DNA of 64,000 bases, from the NCBI RefSeq assembly GCF_009914755.1, contig NC_060940.1; one strand, written 5' to 3'. Both the position numbers and the translations under genes were made by a program. Source of the DNA: the human T2T-CHM13v2.0 reference genome, Homo sapiens. Under the pieces are notes generated by a model. It was given only the letters and a program-made list of their open reading frames with translations. It was not told the DNA's origin and did no database searches. Position 1 is the stretch's first letter. Each line of letters starts with the position of its first letter. Below are positions 40,168-54,893 of the stretch, piece after piece.

Positions 40168-40825
40168 ATTGATTTACACCAGACAACCCACTAAAAGTTT
40201 TCATTTTATAATAACTGTAACACCATCAACCATTCTTTGAAAGCACATCTGTTGGCTTCCAGAGTTTCTTCATCACTCTTAGACGTGGAAGGTGTTTAAC
40301 AAGCTCAAAAAGACACACAAATATCAAGCACCTACTCTGTGACTGGCATCAGATCTATATTTAATACACTTTGGGTATTTTCTGAAACAAAGATGATTTT
40401 CCATAACCAATTCCCAAACCAAGAACATGCATGCATCTGTGTCCGGCAGAGTGGAAGTAATGAACATGAATGCCACCTTTGTTAAATTCTGAAATGGACC
40501 TAAAGGTGCCCGAATTCTATATAAAGTCATATTGCTAAGCTTTGATTCATACCTAATTTCCTCAAATGGGAAGGGTGGAGGATTAGTTGAATGAAGGGCT
40601 GCTGTAGAAAGAGCAACACATGTCTTCTTGGCGAATGTCTGCTTTTCTTCCAGTTATTAGAGTTAATGCCAGCACAGGAAGGGAGCAGCAGGGGCCAGAG
40701 TTGTTTTTCCCCTTAGAGCAACAGGGAGAATGTACTGCAGATAAGAGTCACCCGAGTGTTTGGCTTTTGGAAATGGAATTAGAATTGCTGTATACATGTC
40801 AACTGGATCTGGGAAGCCTGACAAT
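40168..40825 (+). repeat. Inverted duplication, left arm (~655 bp)
   Basis: Reverse complement of 44060-44717; manual count about 30 substitutions and two 2-bp indels (~95%); the ORF track shows mirror peptides on opposite strands. Confidence 0.97.
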
Positions 40826-42218
40826 TCTTCTCCCTGCCCCCATCTCTTAATTCTGATTACTGCCAGACTGAGACCTATCTATCAGTTCTGAACGTTAAGT
40901 GCAAGAAAGGTTTCATTGTGAGGGGAGAGTTGGGGGGAACTGGCCTTATTTTACCAGGAGAAGGCTATTATCTTGCAACAGCTGTTTATAGTTAACTGCA
41001 GCCCATACTTAAAGCCTGAATGTTAGAGCCTTATTTAGTGCCTGTGGATTTGTGGTGAACAGAGTCAGGCTTAACTCTTTCTTCCCCACGTTGCTAATGA
41101 TAGAAATGAGGTGGAGGGGATCTGCAAACAAAGAGGGTGACACGGAAGAGGGCTGGAGCATGGAAGCAGGGCAAGCAGTTATTTCAAATGAGGGTGACTA
41201 CTGAGGTTTTACTGCATGTTAGGGATGCATGGAGCATGTTGCATGCATTATTTCCATTAATTTTGACCATCAGCACTCTGATATTGATATGATTCCACCT
41301 ATTTCACAGGGGAGAAAAAGGAGGCTTAAGCAAGAACGCCAGGATTCAAGTCCAGAAGAATTCAACTGCAGAACCAAAGCTCATAAACCCTAGATATGTA
41401 TCTTGTTAATTCAGAAGCTTTAACTGAGGATATTCAAGATGGCCTGCACTGTGCTGGCCTAGCTATCATGGATAGAGGGTTTCCACCCCACAGGACCCTT
41501 AGGCTGGCCAGAAAGGTAAGCGAATACAGTTGATACACTGAGGATGGAGAAAGGCAGTGAAAACCACATAAACTTCTCACTCTAGGGGAAACAGAGTAGA
41601 TCAGAACTCAGAGGAATTTAGGGAGGGTGGCAGAATTTATACAAACGAAGCTCATTTCAAGAAGAGAACACAGCTGCTGAAATACATACATACATACACA
41701 CACATACATACACATGTATATACGTACATGCATTGCAGAGAGAAACACTCAGAATTGTTTCAGAGAGGGCTGGGAGGGGTAAGCAGGGCCCGAGCCCCAG
41801 GAGCACTCTGGCTGCCCCTGCACAAACTTAGACTTGATTTCTACAGGTGACAAGCAACAAGGTGGTCAGAGCTACATTTTAGAAAGGTCACTCTGGCTGC
41901 AGGGGCAACAAGGTTGTGGAGGTGGCAAAAGATGTCAAGAAAAGTCAGTACATTCTATGACAACCCAGGGAAAGGAAAAAAAGGCCAGAACTATAGAAGT
42001 GGGCAGTTGGGAATGGAATCAAGAGATGTGTTGCAGGTAGAACAAGTAGAAATGTGTTCATTTCTTTGCCTCTCTAAAGACTAAAGAGAGGTTAAATTTT
42101 CCAGCAGGAAGTTGGAAGGAGCATTGCTCAAACCACTAACCCAACCCCAAATGATATACATTCCTGAGGGTTACAATGCTAACCAGTGGTGTTGGGGGTG
42201 GCAGTGAGACTGCACCAG

Positions 42219-42245
42219 CACACACACACACACACACACACACAC
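42219..42245. repeat. (CA)13 microsatellite
   Basis: Visible run. Confidence 0.95.
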
Positions 42246-43163
42246 TTTCATTTACTCAAAACGTCTGGAATTTTTGCTCTCCTCTTTGTTTGACTCCAAC
42301 ATCTTTTCTGATGACAAAGAAAACCAAAGATTTTGAAATCCATTGTTGAGCACAAAGAGAGGCGGAGTAAGAGGGTTGTGGGGGAAAAGTTGGCCGACTC
42401 TGAACTTTATACCCTGCCTTGGTACCCAACAATTCGCAGTGGGAGAGAGAGTAGCTTGCCAAAGAGCTCTGTGTGACTGGGCTAAGCTAGAAGAATATGT
42501 AAAGTTCAAGATGAAAAGACAGCCCTCACAGCTGAAAACAGAGCTGGGAGCTAACAGAGCTTGGGAAAGGAGACTTCACAAAGAAAAGTGCTTATCTGCA
42601 AACTCGTTTCTCTGCAGCAAACGCTCCCAGGACCTCTGGCAAAAGGAATTCCTGGACACAGGCCTTTCCACTGAGCTTTTAGTGATCTGTGGTTAATTAC
42701 TTCTCGCCAGGCTCTCTTCTACAGCCAATCCATGGGGCAACCTGCAGAGGCCTGGGGTAGAGGTTTTGCCATTTTAATTCCAACATTCAACAAAGTTAAA
42801 GTTTTACAACTGCAGAACTGGGAAGAACCTTACTTCTCCTTCTACTCAGAATTCCTAATTTTTGCTGGAGTGGTGGGTCAGACAATACAGGGAGAAAGGC
42901 CAGGCTGCCTGTGAGACAGCAGCATCTGCTGCCTGCAGGGGGCTGGGGATACCAGCAAGGGGTGTCTCTCCTGCTGTAAGGAAGTCCAGGAGAATCTGAC
43001 GGTCACTCAGCAAAAAGGGCTGTTCTGGTCTGCCCCAGGGCATTCTTGCAATTGAGCCACAGATTTGCTACCATTGGCCAAATGGACTAAGGCTTCTTCC
43101 AGCACTGCATCCTGGACTCGCATGATTTTACATCAAAACAAAACAAGTTTCCTGAAAAGAAGG

Positions 43164-43618
43164 TGTTTTAGACAGGGTTCTCCAGAGAAACAGAAAAGCA
43201 TGTCTATTCTATCTATCTAGCTATCTACCTATGTATCAATACTATCAAGAGATTTTTTAAAAATTGGCTCCTGAGGCTACAGGGGACAGCAGGTCTGAAA
43301 TTTATAAGCCAGGCCAGCCCATTCAGGTCAGAGTGGATGTTGCAGTCTTGAGTCCAAATTCCACAGCGCAGCAAGATGGAAACTTAGGCAGGGTTTTTAA
43401 TTTTGCAGTCTTGAGAATTCATTCATCAGGGAACTTCTGTCTTTGCTTTTAAGGTCTTTAACTGATTGGATGAGGCCCACCCACATCTCTTAAAGTCTAC
43501 TGATTTAAATGTCGATCACACTGTTAAAATACCTTCACAGAAAAATTTAGACTAGCATTTGACCAAACGAGCAGGCACCATAGCCTAACCAAGTTGACAC
43601 ATAAAACTTACCATCATA
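43164..43618 (-). mobile_element. MLT2 (ERVL) solo LTR
   Basis: cagggttctccagagaaacagaa...aactgattggatgaggcccacccacat...ccaagttgacacataaaacttaccatca; perfect 5-bp TSD GAAGG (43159-43163, 43619-43623). Confidence 0.88.
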
Positions 43619-44059
43619 GAAGGTATTACAACAGTGTGTAAAGCAAGACAAAAGTCTATATATTGTGGAATATATAACTGGCAAAGGATTGAGATTAATA
43701 CAGGACCATGCATTTTATTGTACTCAAAACCATTTCAGATAACTGAATTTCCTACACACTAGAGAGAATAATGACCCCCCACCTAACTCAAAGATTCCCA
43801 GTCCCCTGCCCCACTTGCAGTCCCCACCAACACACCCACTAGAGGCCTATTCCTCCAGGAGTCCGGGGTCCCTATCAACCTCCCTTGGACCTCAGACAGT
43901 GGGCAGCACTGACCAGTGACATACACCAAGTGGGGATGTCCTCCAGCCTGGGAGACCCTGTGTGCTAGGGATAAAGTCGCTGCCTTCAAATTTTTGTCTT
44001 TTCTTCCCTAACTAGGGTTTAACTCAGGCCATTCTACATCTACCTGCACCCCCACCCCT

Positions 44060-44717
44060 ATTTTCAGCCTTCCCAGATCAAGCTGACATGTATACAGCAA
44101 TTCTATTTTCATTTCCAAAAGCCAAACACCCGGGTGAGTCTTATCTCTGGTACATTCTCCCTGTTGCTCTAAGGGGAAAAACAACTCTGGCCCCTGCTGC
44201 TCCCTTCCTGTGCTGGCACTAACTCTAATAACTGGAAAAAAAGCAGACATTTGCCAAGAAGACATATGTGTTGCTCTTTCTACAGCAGCCCTTCATTCAA
44301 CTAATCCTCCACCCTTCCCATTTGAGGAAATTAGGTATGAATCAAAGCTTAGCAATATGACTTTATATAGAATTTGGGTGCATTTAGGTCCATTTCAGAA
44401 TTTAGCAAAGGTGGCATTCATGTTCATTACTTCCACTCTGCCGGACACAGATGCATGCATGTTCTTGGTTTGGGAATTGGTTATGGAAAATCATCTTTCT
44501 TTCAGAAAATACCCAAAGTGAATTAAATATAGATCTGATGCCAGGCACAGAGTAGGTGCTTAATATTTGTGTGTCTTTTTGAGCTCGTTAAACCCCTTAC
44601 AAGTCTAAGAGAGATGAAGAAACTCTGGAAGCCAACAGATGTGCTTTCAAAGAATGGTTGATGGTGTTATAGTTATTAAAATGAAAACTTTTAGTGGGTT
44701 GTCTAGTGTAAATGAAC
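44060..44717 (-). repeat. Inverted duplication, right arm (~655 bp)
   Basis: Reverse complement of 40168-40825. Confidence 0.97.
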
Positions 44718-44940
44718 CTTCCTTCTTCCTTCCTTTCTTTCTCCCTCCCTCTGTCCTTTCCTCCCTCCTTTCCTCCCTTCCTTCCTTTCTTCCTTCTTGT
44801 ATTTTATTGATTACAATAACTCAAAACTTTTAGTGGGTTGTCTGGTGTAAATGAATCTTCCTTCCTTTCTTTCTTCCTTCCTTCTTCCCTCCCTCCCTCT
44901 CTCCCTTTCTTCCTTCCTTCCTTCCCTCTTTCTTTCCTTT
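44718..44940. repeat. Bipartite TTCC/TCCC microsatellite containing a ~35-bp re-copy of the arm end
   Basis: aaaacttttagtgggttgtct(a/g)gtgtaaatgaa at 44684-44716 and again at 44823-44855, each followed by TTCC repeats. Confidence 0.93.
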
Positions 44941-45073
44941 CTATTAGCTATTTTTTTCTGATGTGGTCATGTATTTGACCACGAGGAGAATTCCAATGCA
45001 TTTCAAAAAGCATAAGTTACACAAAACTTCTTGTTTTGCCACTATAAAACAAAATTAGAAATTAAGAAGCAGC

Positions 45074-45240
45074 AGCCAGGTGTGGTGGCTCACACCTGTA
45101 ATCCCAGCACTTTGGGAGGCTGAGGGGGGTGGATAGCTTAAAGCCAAGAGTTCAAGACTACCTGGGCAACATGGCAAATCCTCATCTCCACCAAAATTAC
45201 AAAAATTATTTAGTCTCATGACCGTGTTTCAAAAAAAAAA
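45074..45240 (+). mobile_element. Alu remnant (left arm; right arm almost entirely missing)
   Basis: gccaggtgtggtggctcacacctgtaatcccagcactttgggaggc...aaaattacaaaaatta, then gaccgtgtttc and an A-run. Confidence 0.85.
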
Positions 45241-45424
45241 TTAAAAAGCAAAACAAAACATATGAGATAACAAATACATATATAGCGATTTTTCCTGATG
45301 CACTCCCTCCCTCCACTGCCCTCCTTCCCCCAATTGTGGGTTTTTATGTTCCTTCTTATTTTAAACCAAGAGATAACAAAAGGGAAAAACATTTTAGGGA
45401 GACATAAATTCAAAAAAAAAAGTC

Positions 45425-46453
45425 GCTGGAGCCAAGATGGCCGAATAGGAACAGCTCCAGTCTACAGCTCCCAGAGTGAGCGATGCAGAAGACGGGTGAT
45501 TTCTGCATTTCCATCTGAGGTACCGGGTTCTTCTCACTAGGGAGTGCCAGACAGTAGGCGCAGGACAGTGGGTGCAGCACACCCTACGCAAGCGGAAGAA
45601 GGACGAGGCATTGCCTCAGGAAGCGCAAGGAGTCAGGGAGTTCCCTTTCCTAGTCAAAGAAAGGGGTGACAGACGGCACCTGGAAAATCGGGTCACTCCC
45701 ACCCCAATACTGCGCTTTTCTGACGAGCTTAAAAAACGGCACACCAGGAGATTATATCCCGCACCTGGCTCAGAGGGTCCTATGCCCACGCAGTCTCGCT
45801 GACTGCTAGCACAGCAGTCTGAGATCAAACTGCAAGGCGGCAGCAAGGCTGGGGGAGGGGCGCCCACCATTGCCCAGGCTTGCTTAGGTAAACAAAGCAG
45901 CCGGGAAGCTCGAACTGGGTGGAGCCCACCACAGCTCAAGGAGGCCTGCCTGCCTCTGTAGGCTCCACCTCTGGGGGCAGGGCACAGACAAACAAAAAGA
46001 CAGCAGTAACCTCTGCAGACTTAAATGTCCCTGTTTGACAGCTTTGAAGAGAGCAGTGGTTCTCCCAGCACGCAGCTGGAGATCTGAGAAGGGGCAGACT
46101 GCTTCCTCAAGTGGGTCCCTGACCCCTGACCCCCGAGCAGCCTAACTGGGAGGCACCCCCAAGTAGGGGCAGACTGACACCTCACACAGCCGGGTACTCC
46201 TCTGAGACAAACCTTCCAGAGGAACGATCACACAGCAGCATTCGCAGTTCACGAAAATCCGCTGTTCTGCAGCCACTGCTGCTGGTACCCAGGCAAACAG
46301 GGTCTGGAGTGGACCTCTAGCAAACTCCAACAGACCTGCAGCTGAGGGTCCTGTCTGTTAGAAGGAAAACTAACAAACAGAAAGGACATCCACACCTAAA
46401 ACCCATCTGTACATCACCATCATCAAAGACCAAAAGTAGATAAAACCACAAAG
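45425..46453 (+). promoter_or_regulatory. L1 5'UTR: internal sense promoter with YY1 site, plus antisense promoter region
   Basis: YY1 motif AAGATGGCCG at 45434-45443; CpG-rich UTR; sense and antisense promoter activity is known for primate L1 5'UTRs but is not shown for this copy. Confidence 0.75.
45616..45870 (-). CDS. L1 ORF0 (antisense ORF), open, 84 aa
   Basis: ATG at 45870-45868 gives MVGAPPPALLPPCSLISDCCASSQRD...GVTRFSRC, matching ORF0 (MAGAPPPASLPPCSLISDCCAS...); expression unknown. Confidence 0.6.
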   Translation of the reverse strand: MVGAPPPALLPPCSLISDCCASSQRDCVGIGPSEPGAGYNLLVCRFLSSSEKRSIGVGVTRFSRCRLSPLSLTRKGNSLTPCAS

Positions 46454-47470
46454 ATGGGGAAAAAACAGAGCAGAAAAACTGGAAACTCTAAAAAGCAGAG
46501 CGCCTCTCCTCCTCCAAAGGAACTCAGCTCCTCACCAGCAACGGAACAAAGCTGGATGGAGAATGACTTTGACAAGTTGAGAGAAGAAGGCTTCAGATGA
46601 TCAAACTACTCCGAGCTACAGGAGGAAATTCAAACCAAAAGCAAAGAAGTTTAAAACTTTGAAAAAAATTTAGACAAATGTATAACTAGAATAACCAATA
46701 TAGAGAAGTGCTTAAAGGAGCTGATGGAGCTAAAAGCCAAGGCTTGAGAACTACGTGAAGAATGCAGAAGCCTCAGGAGCCGAAGCGATCAACTGGAAGA
46801 AAGGGTATCAGTGATGGAAGATGAAATGAATGAAATGAAGTGAGAAGGGAAGTTTAGAGAAAAAAGAATAAAAAGAAAGGAACAAAGCCTCCAAGAAATA
46901 TGGGACTATGTGAAAAGCCCAAATCTACGTCTGATTGGTGTACCTGAAAGTGATGGGGAGAATGGAACCAAGTTGGAAAACACTCTTCAGGATATTATCC
47001 GGGAGAACTTCCCTAATCTAGCAAGGCAGGCCAACGTTCAGATTGAGGAAATACAGAGAACGCCACAAAGATACTCCTCGAGAAGAGCAACTCCAAGACA
47101 CATAATTGTCAGATTCACCAAAGTGGAAATGAAGGAAAAAATGTTAAGGGCAGCCAGAGAGAAAGGTCGGGTTACCCACAAAGGGACGCCCATCAGACTA
47201 ACAGTGGATCTCTCGGCAGAAACTCTACAAGCCAGAAGACAGTGGGGACCAATATTCAACATTCTTAAAGAAAAGAATTTTCAACCCAGAATTTCATATC
47301 CAGCCAAACTAAGCTTCATAAGTGAAGGAAAAATAAAATACTTTACAGACAAGCAAATGCTGAGAGATTTTGCCACCACCAGGCCTGCCCTAAAAGAGCT
47401 CCTGAAGGAAGCATTAAACATGGCAAGGAACAACCGGTACCACCCACTGCAAAAACATACCAAATTGTAA
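46454..47470 (+). pseudogene. L1 ORF1p, disrupted
   Basis: ATG GGG AAA AAA CAG start, 1017-bp frame kept; premature stops at 46598, 46652, 46745 and 46841 (three look like CGA>TGA); C-terminal part NLRLIGVPE...RISYPAKLSF intact. Confidence 0.95.
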
Positions 47471-47533
47471 AGACCGTCGAGACTAGGAAGAAACTGCATC
47501 AACTAATGAGCAAAATAACCAGCTAACATCATA

Positions 47534-51357
<3,824 letters not shown>

Positions 51358-53525
51358 ACAATGAGAACACATGGACACAGGAAGGGGAACATCACACTCT
51401 GGGGACTGTTGTGGGGTCGGGAGAGGGGGGAGGGATAGCTTTAGGAGATATACCTAATGCTAAGTGATGAGTTAATGGGTGCATCACACCAGCATGGCAC
51501 CTGTATACATATGTAACTAACCTGCACATTGTGCACATGTACCCTAAAACTTAAAGTATAATAATAATATTTAAAAAATAAAAATAAAAAAGTCAAGGAG
51601 TTTAAAATATCTTATTCTAAAAAATAATATGCCACTGTCTCATATTCTTTTACACCCATTTTGGCCTTAATGTCAGCTCACCTAAGAGGAAGACTACCCC
51701 CTTGGGTTAGGAGTAAACATTCATACTGGGCTTTTCCAGCCCTCTAGTTAGTGTATTCAGGCCCTGCTTTCTCTACTTGCCTAAGAAGCAGTTATATTTG
51801 TAAAGACAGAGGTGGAAGTTTATGGTGTAAGGTCTTCACTCAGGTAAAGGGTATTTCCTTTACAAATTCATCTTCTTTTTCATGAATGCCCCCAAGAGAA
51901 TGTCATCTACCCCCACAGAATTCAGTAAAACATAGCTAAAAAATTGAAGTGAGTGACCCCACTAGACCTTTAATAAGAATCACTCTTGACAGGATGAGAA
52001 TAAAAACCAAAAGCACTGGAGTTGTTGGGTGCTGGTAGTAACACTTCAGATTGAGAGGGTCATGCAATTATGCCAGCACCACAGTAAATATTCATACACA
52101 GGCCTCAGTGACATGGCATATTTCAGTGCCTTAAGACCTAAGTAGGGCCAGAATCTAACTTACCTCTGAGGTTGCCAATGCATGAAATTCCTCATATGTC
52201 TTCTGATGGACATGACCTGTCCTCAAGGCTCCCCTCAAACCTGCACCTTTCCTTTTAGCATTCCTTGCCACTGCGGCAAGTAAATTGCTGGTTTAATTAT
52301 TTACTTAATGTCTTTCTCCTCTGTTGGATGGTGACTTCTGTAAAGTCAAGGACTGTCTTGTGTAATGCTTGGCACGACATTGAGTAAATAAGTGCTCCAT
52401 GAACATCCATTCCGTGAATGAATGTACCAACCAACCCACCACAGCCAGGGTCCTACATCCCTCAGGTGTGAATGACCAGATATTTTCATCCATACAACTA
52501 TGTCCACTTGCAGATACCATAGACATAAATAAAACCCGAGTGTTTAAAATACTTTTCCTTTCTGCAATTGGGGTATTCACATTGATAAATTGTTCCATGC
52601 TCTCAGGAATATTAAGAGGCTGCCATTTATATAACACCACTTTCTACCACCACTACTTCTTAGGAGACTATTTTTAAAAAAGAAATAACTGTCAGTGTGT
52701 GCATGATTTTCAACTACACATCTTTTATTCTTCAAAACTTGAAGAAAAGCTGCTGTGTTTGTGTTTCTTTTACATTTAGTTTGGTCTTTCACAGCAAAGG
52801 TGCCCAGAAGCCTGTTTAAGTGAGACATTGTTCAAAGCCCTCTATAATTTTATCCCCCTCTGCCAATTTTCCTTCCTCTTTTCTCACCACTTCCTACCAT
52901 GCCCTAAACGCCCCAGCCCACCATTGCACGAAGGTATACACAGAGGGGTGGTAACCAGGCATCAGATCTTGAGGAAGATCCTGAGAACACACAGAGAATA
53001 ACACAAATATAGTCGCAGCCCTCATGGGTTTATACTTTATTGAGGAAGGCAAGAATTAAGAAAGTACTTTGAGTTTGATGAAAGTTAACAAAGAGGGCTT
53101 TAAGACTATATTAGGAGCATACATAAAATAACTGGAGTCTAGTGTACCAGGACAGGTCAACTTGAGAACATGACACTTGAGCTGAGAATTAAAGGAATCA
53201 GTAGCAGCCAGGCAAGTGAGCAGTGTTGGGTTGAGGACACTTTGTAGGCAGTGGGAAGGGTGTTTAAGAAGACCCAATGTTCAGAAGGAACATGCTGGAT
53301 TAAAGAAAATGAAAGAAGCCAGAACACCGGCAGAAGGGAAAGAGTTATCCTAACCCAACACACGTACAATTTCATTCATCTCCATTTTTTCTCTCTTGCT
53401 GTTCCCCTTGGTCTTAAATGCTGTTCTCCTTCTTCTCAATCTATTACATGCTTAATTCAACATTTATTTATATTCTGAGAGTTTTACCAACATCTCCCCT
53501 GTTGGAACATCTACCACCATGACTC

Positions 53526-53838
53526 GTTTTTTGTGTGTGTGACAGGGTGACAGGGTCTTTCTCTCACCCAGGCTACAGTGCAGTGGTGTGAACTCAGTTC
53601 ACTGAAGCCTTGATCTCATAGGCTCCAGTGATGCTCCCACTTCAACCTCTAGGTATCTGGGACTACATTTATGTGCCACCACACCCAGCTATTTTGTTGT
53701 TGTTGTTGTTGTTGTTGTTTGTAGAGATGGAGCTTCACCATGTTGCCCAGGCTGGTCTCAAACTCCTGGGCTCAAGTATCTACCAGCCTCGGCCTCCCAC
53801 AGTGCTGGGATTACAGGCATGAGCCTCCACACCCAGTC
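53526..53838 (-). mobile_element. Alu SINE (AluJ-like) with (TTG)n linker
   Basis: cccaggctacagtgcagtggtg...ttcaccatgttgcccaggctggtctcaaactcctgggctcaag...gtgctgggattacaggcatgagc. Confidence 0.9.
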
Positions 53839-54596
53839 CCCCAAAATTCTTTATGCAAACTTTTACCATGGTGCCCATCTATTTGTAGTTCTACTCTATT
53901 ACTGTGCCCTCTACATTGTAGTAACTCCCATACACCTTATTCCCTGGGCTCACATCGCGGCCGATGCAAAGAGAAACTCAATGCTGTTTCCAAAGTGAAT
54001 TGAATTGAATTGTTTGATACAGCAACATTCAATGTGGACAATATTCTAGAAGGCTTTCAGTCCACAATCCCACCTAATACGGGAACACATTCTTCCGTAT
54101 TTCTGACAAGGCTTTCCAGCTAATTATTGTCCCCATAAAAGCCCACATAGGGCAAAGAATGTAAGCTTCAGCGTTTGGAAATATCTTTAAAAGAACATAT
54201 TGAGAAAAAGGCTTAACTCGGGTAAGAAGATTAATAGACTGAGCTTAAAAGTCATTAAAAAGATGTAAAGGAGGAATAAAGTTTGAATAAACAAAGCCAT
54301 GTCTAATGAAACTTTTTTTTTATATCAAAGGCAAGTTATGAGCAGTGGGACTGACATTGGGTTTATAAACATCATAAAGTGTCATGGATAGTGTGAGTGG
54401 GAAAACCTGTCACAGAAGGATGCAAGGCAAAAATTAGGTCAGCACTGAAGATCTTAGGACATTCTAGAGTTGCTCTCAATGTGGGTTCCTAGACTCAGTA
54501 ACTGAGCTCCCCGCTTATTTCTCTAATCCAGCTTGCACTTCTTTAGCAGGTCCTGGCCTCTGGGTCCTTATACCAGATGCTCAAAGGTATATGTGA

Positions 54597-54893
<297 letters not shown>

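Noticed and set aside
40324-44521. Paralogous-looking ORF pairs (40620-40850 + with 44008-44265 -, and 40324-40530 - with 44210-44521 +)
   Set aside because: They are a by-product of the DNA inverted duplication: short, mostly non-ATG starts, different ends and no recognisable domain.
51560-51700. Possible L1 3' transduction
   Set aside because: The TSD follows the A-rich tail directly, with no intervening unique sequence or second tail.
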